Below are positions 54,584 through 64,000 of a DNA stretch of 64,000 nt, piece by piece. Both the position numbers and the translations under genes were made by a program. The stretch is taken from NCBI GenBank assembly GCA_964016885.1, contig OZ024746.1, positions 54,126,001 through 54,190,000 on the forward strand. The letters are read 5' to 3'. How positions within the stretch are numbered: position 1 is the stretch's first letter; each line of letters starts with the position of its first letter. The notes beneath the pieces were generated by a model. That model was not told the origin of the DNA and did not search any database. It worked only from the letters and a program-made list of their open reading frames with translations. This stretch comes from Eledone cirrhosa. Lineage: Eukaryota.

Positions 54584-56677
54584 TTACCGTACTTTTGGTA
54601 GAGGAGGGATGGTTTTTACATCCCTTTTCACTTGATCGTCTGGTGAAGGGACCGTTGAATCGTCCCTTCGGCTGGTCGTCGGCTCTTCTAAGAGAATGTC
54701 TGAGTATACTCTTCGATTGATGGTTCCTCCTAGGTCCCTGAAATCACCAACTGCGTTGGGGAATTTCGTTTTAATGTTTGTGTATTGTTTCTGTGCTATT
54801 TTTAGCAGTCTTATGTTAGTTGGCGTTTTGATTGGTGCTGGTATTATGTAGTCCTGTTGTGAAATGTCTGTGTGTTCAATTATGTAAGTCATTAGTTTCT
54901 TGTTGTGTGTATTTATTGCCGTGCATTTGTTTTTCTGGGGGTGGGGTGTGGTTCTGCTATTTTCTTGTCGTTGTTGCTGGGTGTGTGTGTTTTGTTGTTG
55001 TGTTTGCGATGTTGGTGCTTGTGGTGGTGGTGTTGAAGGTGTTGTTGGCGGTGGGGTTGTCGCCGGTGGTGATGGTGGTGCTGGTGTGGGTGGTGATGGT
55101 GTTGGTGGTGTTGCTGCTGTGGGTCTCTTTGCAGTAGACTTTACCCTTTTCTCATTTCTTTCCTCCCTTTTCAAAGGCGACGATGCGCTGCTTCTGCGTT
55201 TGTGCCTTCTTGCGACCTTTTGCCATCCCTCTCCCACCTCACACTCCATGTCTGATTCTGTAAGGTCGGGGAGGGGTACCAGCTCCACTCTTTCACTTGT
55301 TGTTGTTGGTGATGTTTGCACTGGAGTCTCTGTTGCAGCTGCATTTGGTATTGCTGTTGTTGTTGTTAATATTTCCACTGCTGCTGCTGTCTTTGATTTC
55401 CGTGGAGTGGGTATGGGTGCCACGGACCTATCGTTCCTGGTTGCCGCTTGTCCTGTTGCTGGTAGCCGTGGAGCCGGATTCGGAAGGAGGGGGGTTTTCT
55501 CCTTTCTCAGGGTCTTCTCGTTGCAGAAGGCCCTGAGGTGAGTCTTCGATCCACAGCGAAAGCATTTCGGGCGTTTGCCCTCAACACTTATGGGCAGTTG
55601 AGTGCCGTTATCGAAGTCTATCACATCCGGGATAGCTTCGATGCACTCCTGGTTGGTTTGGATTAGCATCTCAATGGAGGAGCCGACCCAATCTTCTCTT
55701 ACTTTTTTCTGTACTTGCAGTACAGTTGTTTTGTCCTCGATTCCGATTAGGACAGACGCGGCCAGCCAAGAAGGGGTCATTCCGGGGGGGACGTGGGTCA
55801 GTTTGACCCTCACAATTTTTTGCCCGCAGTAGGAGGGCACCAACACCATTTCCTCGCTCCTTAGGGTCACTACTGATTGGGCCTTTGCCTCCTGGGGTGT
55901 GGCAAAAAGTACGTCTACGGTGGCGTATTTTTTGCCTCGGGTGATGTGCGTTTTCCTCTGCCACACAGACCCCAAGGCTTTTTGTATTTGGGCCTCTGTG
56001 GCTCTTTCCACCCTACGGGATTTTGTACTTACTGTACGGTACGTGACCGTACAGTGCTCTTGGGTTTCGAAAAAATTTTTCGCTGCCTTGCAGATTGCTC
56101 GGTGTCCGTTCTTTGTCACCATCTTCTTCGCTTCCTCTAATTCCTCATTTGTTATGAGGATTGTTTCCAAGTTTTTCGCAATACCTGCAAATGAGATTGG
56201 TTTTTCTCTGCTGTTGTTGTTGTCGTCAGAGCTGCTGGTACTTTTGTTGCTACAGGTACTACGACTACTGCCTCCGCCGCTGTTGCTGTGGTTGTTGTTG
56301 GTGTTGCTGCTGCTAATGCTGTTGTTGTTTATGCTGCTGGTGATGCTGTTGCGGCTGCTACTGTTGTTTTCATTGTCACTGTTGCTGTTGTTATTACGGC
56401 TGCTACTGCTATTATTCCTGACGTCAGACGAATGAACTGGGTTTTCGTATTTCCCGCACACCTGTTTCGTCGCTGTCGTCGTCGTCGCGGAGAAACCTTG
56501 CACGCTTTGCACGAGACTTTTCTTTTCTTTCGTCGCTTGCGAAAGAGAAGGGAGGGAGAGAGACACATTTAAAGAAGGGAGGGAGAGAGACAATCTTCTC
56601 TCTGCTGTAGTGATGATTGAGGAAGAAGAAGACGGAATGAGTGGGAGTGACGTATGAAATTTCTTTTTGGTAGCCAT
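54584..56677 (-). CDS. ORF1p (697 aa)
   Basis: ATG of MATKKK at 56677; CCHC knuckle. Confidence 0.9.
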   Translation of the reverse strand: MATKKKFHTSLPLIPSSSSSIITTAERRLSLSLPSLNVSLSLPSLSQATKEKKSLVQSVQGFSATTTTATKQVCGKYENPVHSSDVRNNSSSSRNNNSNSDNENNSSSRNSITSSINNNSISSSNTNNNHSNSGGGSSRSTCSNKSTSSSDDNNNSREKPISFAGIAKNLETILITNEELEEAKKMVTKNGHRAICKAAKNFFETQEHCTVTYRTVSTKSRRVERATEAQIQKALGSVWQRKTHITRGKKYATVDVLFATPQEAKAQSVVTLRSEEMVLVPSYCGQKIVRVKLTHVPPGMTPSWLAASVLIGIEDKTTVLQVQKKVREDWVGSSIEMLIQTNQECIEAIPDVIDFDNGTQLPISVEGKRPKCFRCGSKTHLRAFCNEKTLRKEKTPLLPNPAPRLPATGQAATRNDRSVAPIPTPRKSKTAAAVEILTTTTAIPNAAATETPVQTSPTTTSERVELVPLPDLTESDMECEVGEGWQKVARRHKRRSSASSPLKREERNEKRVKSTAKRPTAATPPTPSPPTPAPPSPPATTPPPTTPSTPPPQAPTSQTQQQNTHTQQQRQENSRTTPHPQKNKCTAINTHNKKLMTYIIEHTDISQQDYIIPAPIKTPTNIRLLKIAQKQYTNIKTKFPNAVGDFRDLGGTINRRVYSDILLEEPTTSRRDDSTVPSPDDQVKRDVKTIPPLPKVR

Positions 56678-56890
56678 GTTTTTTTGTTTAAAATGAAATT
56701 TTGGGTACAAAACCCCAATAACTGGTTATTTAACCCCGAACGGCCAAATAACGGACAGAAAGACCCCTCTCACGAGGAGGAGGGTGTCTTTATCAACAAT
56801 TTGGTTCAAGTTTTAAACAATTTACAATTGTTTTAACGGTTAAAAATTACTATACCTTACAGAGCCGAGCCTCCGTCAACCATGGCATTC

Positions 56891-56936
<46 letters not shown>

Positions 56937-57031
56937 TTAAAGACTAAAATCCAAAGAGAGCTCGATAAGGATAAATATATATCAAATATATAAGAACCGT
57001 AGAGCAAATATTTATTAAAATAACAGATTAC

Positions 57032-57082
57032 AGTTTAAGCAAAGAATCGCTGCTTTCACACTTAACGGGATCTTCTGAAACT
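57032..57082 (-). ncRNA. Variant hammerhead in the 3' pLTR
   Basis: agttt-CAGAAGA-t-ccc-gttaa-gtg-t-GAAAGCA..TGCTT-aaact. Confidence 0.65.
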
Positions 57083-58030
57083 AACAAAATCAATCTGTAA
57101 ACGGAGAAGTGAATATTTCAAAAAACGTTGCAACCGGAGGAAGACAGGAAGACGATACTTTGGTTCGTGGAAACGTTCCCTGGCAAAGAACGGGAAAAAA
57201 CGAATATAATACGTCATTATTTGGACCGGTGAAAAACAATTACACACAAAGACAGAACCACGTTTATGGTATAAAAAAAAGTTGACTAATATTCTCTTAG
57301 GTGGTTCATAGAGACGTTCTCTGGCAATAAACGGAAAAAAACGAAGATAATACGTCATATGTGGAACATGGAGAACAATTGCACGCAAAGACAAAACCAC
57401 GAAAATGGTATAACTGAAGTCGTAGACTAAAATTCTAGCTAGGAAACCGAATGATTCTCCGCTTCAGAGTTACAAATTAAGTAAATAAAATACAGAGGTA
57501 ATTGAAATTAAATAAATACATACACGCATCCAAATACGTACATACACAAGCATACGCGAAAACACTCGCCATAGGTATAGAAATACACGCACATATAAAT
57601 ATGTGTGTGTGTGTGTGTGCGTGTATACAAATAATTAAATAAACGTATATAAATAAATAAATACGTATATACACACACATACCTACATGTAAATACACAA
57701 ATGTTCAGAGACGTACGTCAACCAAAACACGAAGTACACATATACACACACTCTACATACGTACGAACCCGCATACTCACATAGACGCAAACCTCACGTA
57801 TACACATAACCAAAAGCATATGTACCAGAATATATAAAATATACGCCATAACATATACAATCAAATATACGTACGAGAAAGTATACGCACCTTCACAAAA
57901 CATACAGGTAATATATACTTACCTATGCAAATAAGTAATGGTATAAACATAATATATACTTAGCTACCACATCAAGACGTAAAATATCCGCGTATAGATC
58001 GTACTATCCGTTAGAGTATAATGTGGGGCT

Positions 58031-60043
58031 CTAATATAGGAAAGTTTTGTGCAATTTATGTTTACAAGCCGAAATTGCCTCAGATTTTTTGTTTAAGATG
58101 TGGTCTGTGGCGTAGAGTATTTCCAGGGCCTCAGCGGCGCAGAGGTCACATGGTTTTTTATTTCCGTTATACGATCTAGCCCTAGCTAGGATCTCCCAGT
58201 GTAACTTATATTGGGTGTGATTGTCTTTTAGAGTCCAGATATAAGCTTAGAGGGTAACGAAAAGAATGGGTATGCATGTAAAGACGGTGCTTGAATCTAT
58301 TGGCGGTTAACCCTATGTAGGCCCTACGGGACGTGGGTGTTACAACCTTACATTTGTAGACAATGTTACTAGAGAGGCATTTCCCGGATAGGGGGCAATC
58401 AACCCGATTCCTACAATTACAGTTAGTACTAACTACAGGGTTGCACGTGTTCCTACGGCAAGGTAGTTTAGCTATATTTGAAGCTGTGATGTTATGTGCA
58501 AGGTTAGGAGTCGTAGAGTAAGAAATTTTAATAGTATTTTTATTAAAAATGTTACTATATTTATGCGTAGGGGAAAAATGCTTCGTAATAAGGGATAGAA
58601 AGATCTTAGCTAATGGTGTGGCCACCTCCATATTATATGGTGGGTTATACCATATAATGCGTCGGGATCTATATCTTCTAGGTCTATTCTCGTACTCTGT
58701 ATATGTTACCTTATCGACAAATCCACTCCGACCAAGAGCTTCATTGTAATATGTGGAATGGTCGTTGAACATATGCTCGTTAGTAGATAGACGGGAAAGC
58801 CTCAACGAAACGTTTTTTACCAGGTTCTTTGTTATGCTGGCATGATGGTTGGAATGCTTACTTATGTAATTAAGCGTATCATTCGGCTTTCTATACGGGT
58901 AATACAAGCCATTCGATAAATTGAGGGTAACGTCGAGGTAATTAACGACCGAGAGGTTGGCCTCAACCTGTATAGAGAGGTTGAAGCCTTTAAAGAAGGC
59001 TGTGAGTTCTGTTCTGAACCTGTCGCAACCATCATCACGGTACAAACCACCGCCCACGTTGGGGAATTCGTCCTTGATAGAGAAAAGAAGGAAAAGGCCG
59101 ATAAGATCAGTAACCTCCGCAGAATCGCTGGCGCCCATACTCACGTCGAATGGGGTGCTATTAGATTTTTTAATCCAAATAGAGTCGTCGAAATTAATCA
59201 CCGACTTACGGACATTGAGGATGACATCAACTTCGAAATCCTTAACCACTGTGAGTGTTTTAGCGAAATTGATAGCTCTAAAGAGAAGTGGTAAAGTGAT
59301 GGAGGAGTAGTAATTATTGATGTCGAATTGGATAAAACGGCAATGTTCCTTGTTGCATATGCCGTTGAACCAATCAATCACCGCCAAAGAATTGTTCCAC
59401 AGTGCAAGAGGCGCCAAACTTCTAATTTCAGGTATAATTCTATCAATAATCCTTTTACTAAGTCTACCTAAATCGGTCTTCGTAGGGTTAATAAGCCGAA
59501 TAGAGAGGTTGTTCGGAAAATTGGATTTGTGATCCTTCAGGGTAAAGTGGGGGAGAAATAGGGTCCAGAGGTTCGGTCCGGTCCAGGATGTTGAGATCAG
59601 AGGTGATTTTAAACTCAACATCGTTGATTTCATTGATGACGCACCGATTAGTTTTACGGTAATCCTTAGTTGATGGATTGATATAGGTTGCCAGTTTTGT
59701 CGGAATGGACGTGCACGGCATTAGAATCCTTAATAGAACGAATTCTATTCTTCAGGTCCTGCTGGAAGGGATTGAGTCTATATCGAAATTTGATACTCAG
59801 TATGTGTTCCAAGACATAATTTTCGAAGGGTAGCAATGCCGGGTTACACGGAGGGTTATTATAGGTTTTAAACCCAAATTTATCCTGTTTGTTGTCTGCT
59901 TTTCGCTGATTATCGAAATAAAAGGCACGCCAACGCAACTTTTTAATGAACGCGTCTGTTTTCTGTATCAGGAGTTTTAGGTATGTTTTCCCGCTTGGTA
60001 CGGGTATGTTCTTTGTAGAAATATTCAGATGTTGTTTCTGCAT
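58031..60043 (-). pseudogene. PLE RT + C-terminal GIY-YIG endonuclease, frameshifted
   Basis: STKNIP, DKTGNLY, TLKDHK, FDINNYYSSI, MGASDS, YRDDG, YLDV; CNCRNRVDCPLSGKC linker, IVY..YIGLT..FKHR; shifted tail WEILARA..CDLC..E..LNKKSE..CKH. Confidence 0.9.
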
Positions 60044-60189
60044 GATGAATATAAGTCAATAGAGTGCTCAACCGGGGGAGCCAAATAGTAATAATAATAA
60101 ATTTGAGACTAAAATCCAAAGAGGGCTCGATAAGGATAAATAAACTTTTTTTGAAATATTCACTTCTGCGTTTACAGATTGACTTTGTT

Positions 60190-60240
60190 AGTTTCAGAAG
60201 ATCCCGTTAAGGGTGAAAGCACCGTTTCTTTGCTTAAACT
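60190..60240 (+). ncRNA. Variant hammerhead in the inverted pLTR
   Basis: agttt-CAGAAGA-t-ccc-gttaa-ggg-t-GAAAGCA-ccgtttctt-TGCTT-aaact; all three stems pair. Confidence 0.72.
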
Positions 60241-60259
60241 TTAATCTGTTATTTTAATA

Positions 60260-60350
<91 letters not shown>

Positions 60351-60894
60351 GTGTGTGTGTGTGTGTGTGTGTGTCTACGTTTGTATACTTACATATATGT
60401 ATATAACATTATTCTTAATATTTTACGTGAGGCCATTGACGGAACACATTTTATAACCAGCCTTCCATCGTTGGCTATTGTTGTAAGGAGTTTGTTACTG
60501 CCGTCCGTATTTGTAATTCAACTCATGCTGTGGGTTCATCCTGTGTCTTATTTAGCATAATGTTGAGATATATCTTGAAAACATCTACATGCACATCACA
60601 TGTAGATCTCTCAGAATTGGAGACAGCTGCAGGCCTTTGTAGCTCAGCCCATTGCAGCATGTGGTCATTATTCTTGATATGAAGGATGGGATGTAAGCCA
60701 CTACACTGTGTTGTCATTTCTGTGGTTTGCCCAGCTCTAAATGCCAAAGTTTGGTGTTAGTTCTTCCAGGATCTATCATAAGTATATCACTGCATATTTC
60801 CCCCGTCTTCGTTATAGGGAGTAGAGCTTTAGTTCTTTTAGCCTCTCCCAGTAGTTCATCTCTTTACAGAGCATATCTGAAAGAACCGCCACAA

Positions 60895-62095
60895 ACAGTA
60901 ACAGTCCCAAGACGTCTCTCTGGGGAACGCCACTTGTTATTGACATTTCATTTGCGTTGGTTGCAACAGTCTCGCTTCTGTTTTTTTTTTAAAGTCATCA
61001 AACCATTCACCTAATTTTCCAACTATATCAGAGCTACGCAGTTTGTGACATATCATTCCGTGATCTCCCTTGCTGAAAGCCTTCGCAAATCGAGATATAT
61101 CACATCCTCGTTCGAACGGTTTAACAGATGTTTCAGTACCCAGGTACAATGCCACAAGTGCTGCATAAGGCAACTTCTACCCATACGAAAGGCATGCTGG
61201 GTGTCAGTTAGAAAACCATTTTCCTCTAGAAAAGGGATAAGTTTCCTTCTGAAGAATTGTTCCATGATTTTGATGGTATGAGAGGTCAGGAAGACATTTC
61301 TGTAGCTTTTAGAATCTGCTGAACTTCCTCCTTAATGACTGGGACATATTATGCCTTCTTTTAGGTTTTCGGGTAGTTTATCATTCGCAAAGGGTGCTTT
61401 GGAAGAAGATCTGAAGGGGTTTGCTAAGGTTTGTTCACACCTTTTTATAAGGATTGCTGGGAATCCATCCGAAACAACAGATGAATTTGGTTGTATTTCA
61501 TCTACGGCTTATATTACATCTTTCTAATTCATATCTAAGTAGTTGATGATTGCCATTTCTCTGTGTAACGCAGTGGTATTAAAGAACTCATCTGGCATAT
61601 TAATTTCCATATGTCATTTTGGATGAGTGAAAACACTTTATATTAATCGTTCAGTATCTCCCTTATTCCTTGACTGATCTGCGGTCAGTGAGCCACTTTT
61701 TAGGAAAAGTGGCGCTATCCCGTAGTGTACGGAGGCGGTCTATTTGCAAATTTAAAGAAAGCCTTAGGGTTCGGTTTTATGTTTTCTAAAGCCCTGGTGT
61801 AACTTTTTTCCCTTCTCCTTTTCATTTCAAATAGTACTTGCTTCATAAAGGATTCCTTTTTGTTGTAAATGTTGTATATGTAGCCGGTTTGACATCATCG
61901 TTCTCAGGCTCATAATGATTTTTCTGACTCTGGGAATAATATCTTTGTGACTGTTAACTTTACATTTCGGGGGAAACTAAAGGCTTAAGGCATCTATTAT
62001 TACCATAACTTGTTCAAGTTACATGTGTCGTCTTCAGACGGAGACTCTCGGTCCAGTTTTAATTCAGGATCCTTTCCTGTGTCCTTTTCTAGTTA
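60895..62095 (-). mobile_element. Decayed CR1/L2-like LINE RT fragment
   Basis: QHAFRMGRSCL, DVIYLD, FAKAF, GKLGEWF..F. Confidence 0.75.
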
Positions 62096-62134
62096 GCTTT
62101 GTGGAACTTTATGCTAGAATATATATATATATTT

Positions 62135-62697
62135 CTAGCGGTCTCTGTCCCTCATCATCGCTGCCATGTCCAGCGTCTCCAGTGCTTAGTGCATCAACAT
62201 AAGTTAACCTCGGTCTTCCTCTTCCAGTGTGTCCATGCAGGGGCTCCCACAGGACCACTGAGTGCAGTGTCAACTCTGGATGTCGGTGAGCATGTCCAGC
62301 TAAACTCAATCTCTTCTGTGTCACTTTCGAGCTGACTTTTGGGAGGCTCCCGTACAGCTCTGAGTTCCTCATCCTCAGTGTATCTGAGAAGATTACTAAT
62401 ATAGGCGGGAAGCCGCTAGAATTGGTTGAGGACTTCCTGTATTTGGGAACAAAGATTGGGAATACGGAAGATGATGTGTTCGAGAGGAAGATCAAAGCCT
62501 GGGCGGCGTGCCACAGCTTGAGATCGGTGTGGAAATCGGACCTTCGTAAATACCTGAAGATCCGCCTCTTCGTTGCTGTAGTGGAATCTGTGCTGCTGTA
62601 CGGGTCTGAGACTTGTACACTGACCAAGAAACTCACTCAGATGGTGGATGGGTGCTACACGAGAATGCTGAGGATGACTCTGAACATTAATCAGTAT
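62135..62697. mobile_element. RTE-type LINE fragment with 5' inversion, in (TA)n
   Basis: Plus: VEDFLYLG..LLYGSET..RMLRMTLNI. Minus: NSELYG..LAGH..RH..LWEP.HG..RGRP. Confidence 0.85.
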
Positions 62698-62725
62698 GTA
62701 TATATATATATGCATATATGTATGA

Positions 62726-62770
<45 letters not shown>

Positions 62771-63175
62771 TTCACTATGGTGCCACCATTATCAAAGAGT
62801 TGTATACAGCAGTCACCATTCTTTCCAGTAATTCCAACGTTTGATATGTGATCTGTGGTTGTTAATATTTAACAGATTACGTGGTTAACATTTCTGTTCA
62901 GAGTCTTTGATGCGCTCTTCCTATATATAAAATGTTATATATAGATAATATATATTACATATATCTATGTACAAATGTATATTTATAGAATTCATATATA
63001 TATATATATATAAATATTATATTATTTATTCATGTTCATACAGGGAACAAAGGCGCATATATGGGTGTGTGTTTATATGTATGCATGTATATATATTCAA
63101 TATTTATATATAAATATATTTAGAATATATATATATACATATATATTCAATATTTATGTATAAATATATTTAGAA

Positions 63176-63281
<106 letters not shown>

Positions 63282-63744
63282 ATATATATAATTTATTCAT
63301 TCATATTCTACTCTATAACTCTATAACGTCTGCTGATGTCAGGATCTGACTTTTGAAGTGTGTGTATAAAGAATTATGGATGGCTCCAACAGTCAGAGAC
63401 CTTCAGATGTTATAACCTAGGCTACTTCGGTTTATCATTCTACTCCGTTATGGCTCTCACTCAGTTATTGTTGTTGTCGCTATTTGTTTTTAGCTCAGGG
63501 TTGTCCGATTTCAGAAGCCCCATGATCAAACGAAAAGAAAATTATTGAATATCATCACAGAACCAACAAACAAAATTATTTGGAAATATAATGAGAAGAA
63601 GGGTGTTCCTGGAACATCTGGTAACGACAGGAAAGCTTATAGAAAAATAAGAAATACAGGCAGGCAACTATTCAAACTGATTGATGGGTTAACGTCTTGT
63701 CTAGCGGCTTGTGGCTTATCGTAGTATCGTTGTAGCTTATGCTA

Positions 63745-64000
63745 GTGCAGCTGTGGTGTATTGTATGGTAGTGATTGGGGTATTGTATGGTAGTGTTGCT
63801 GTGGTGTATTGTAGTGTTGCTGTGGTGTATTGTAGTGTTTGGTGTGTTGTATGGTAGTGTTGGTGTAGCGATTGCTAGCGTTGCTATGGTGTATGGTAGT
63901 GTTTGGTGTGGTATATTGTAGTGGTTGGTACGTTGTATGGTAGTGTTGGTGTAGCGATTGCTAGCGTTGCTCTGGTGTATGGTAGTATTTGGTGTGGTAT
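63745..64000. repeat. Degenerate GT-rich minisatellite
   Basis: gtggtgtattgtatggtagtgttg-like units, higher-order ~85-bp repeat. Confidence 0.8.

Larger units (their letters stand above)
50867..56890 (-). mobile_element. Full-length intact L1/Tx1-like element (copy 3)
   Basis: Same termini as 3773-9800; both ORFs open. Confidence 0.96.
56934..60261 (-). mobile_element. Near-complete Penelope-like element (probably Hydra clade) with 3' pLTR, truncated 5' pLTR and inverted pLTR
   Basis: 60098-60142 repeats 56934-56977; 60146-60261 is an inverted copy of 57010-57126; ends in (TA)n; ~140-bp tandem duplication at 57160-57412. Confidence 0.9.

Noticed and set aside
49336-56890. Nest 2 as an inverted segmental duplication of nest 1
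   Set aside because: Adjacent Dong fragments differ in length and sequence and outer flanks are unrelated.

Overview
Eukaryotic, repeat-dense, gene-poor window. The (TA)n/(AAT)n microsatellite load and the tRNA-SINE families resemble a cephalopod (octopus-like) genome, but this is inference. No host gene is confidently identifiable and almost all ORF-track entries are microsatellite or antisense artefacts. Three layers stand out. (1) Two nests of non-LTR retrotransposons are built inside (AAT/ATT)n tracts (1040-20430 and 48165-56933). They contain an L1/Tx1-like APE-RT family (two intact ~6 kb copies in opposite orientation, one copy with a different ORF1, fragments) and Dong/R4-type RT-RLE elements (one intact, six fragments, two families). 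The two lineages always lie on opposite strands of the same repeat. (2) Penelope-like elements (one near-complete, Hydra-clade-like, plus remnants) occur with about ten sequence-unrelated type I hammerhead ribozyme motifs, mostly in short non-coding partial-tandem or palindromic inserts in (TA)n (retrozyme-like). Many share a mismatch (mostly U-U) at the base of stem II, one family has a CAGAAGA core, and one insert begins exactly at its predicted cleavage site. (3) tRNA-derived SINE arrays, a hAT MITE, and RTE/CR1/CRE fragments. A possible 53-nt intron would fuse Tx1 ORF1 and ORF2 in frame. All ribozyme folds were done by eye and are untested.
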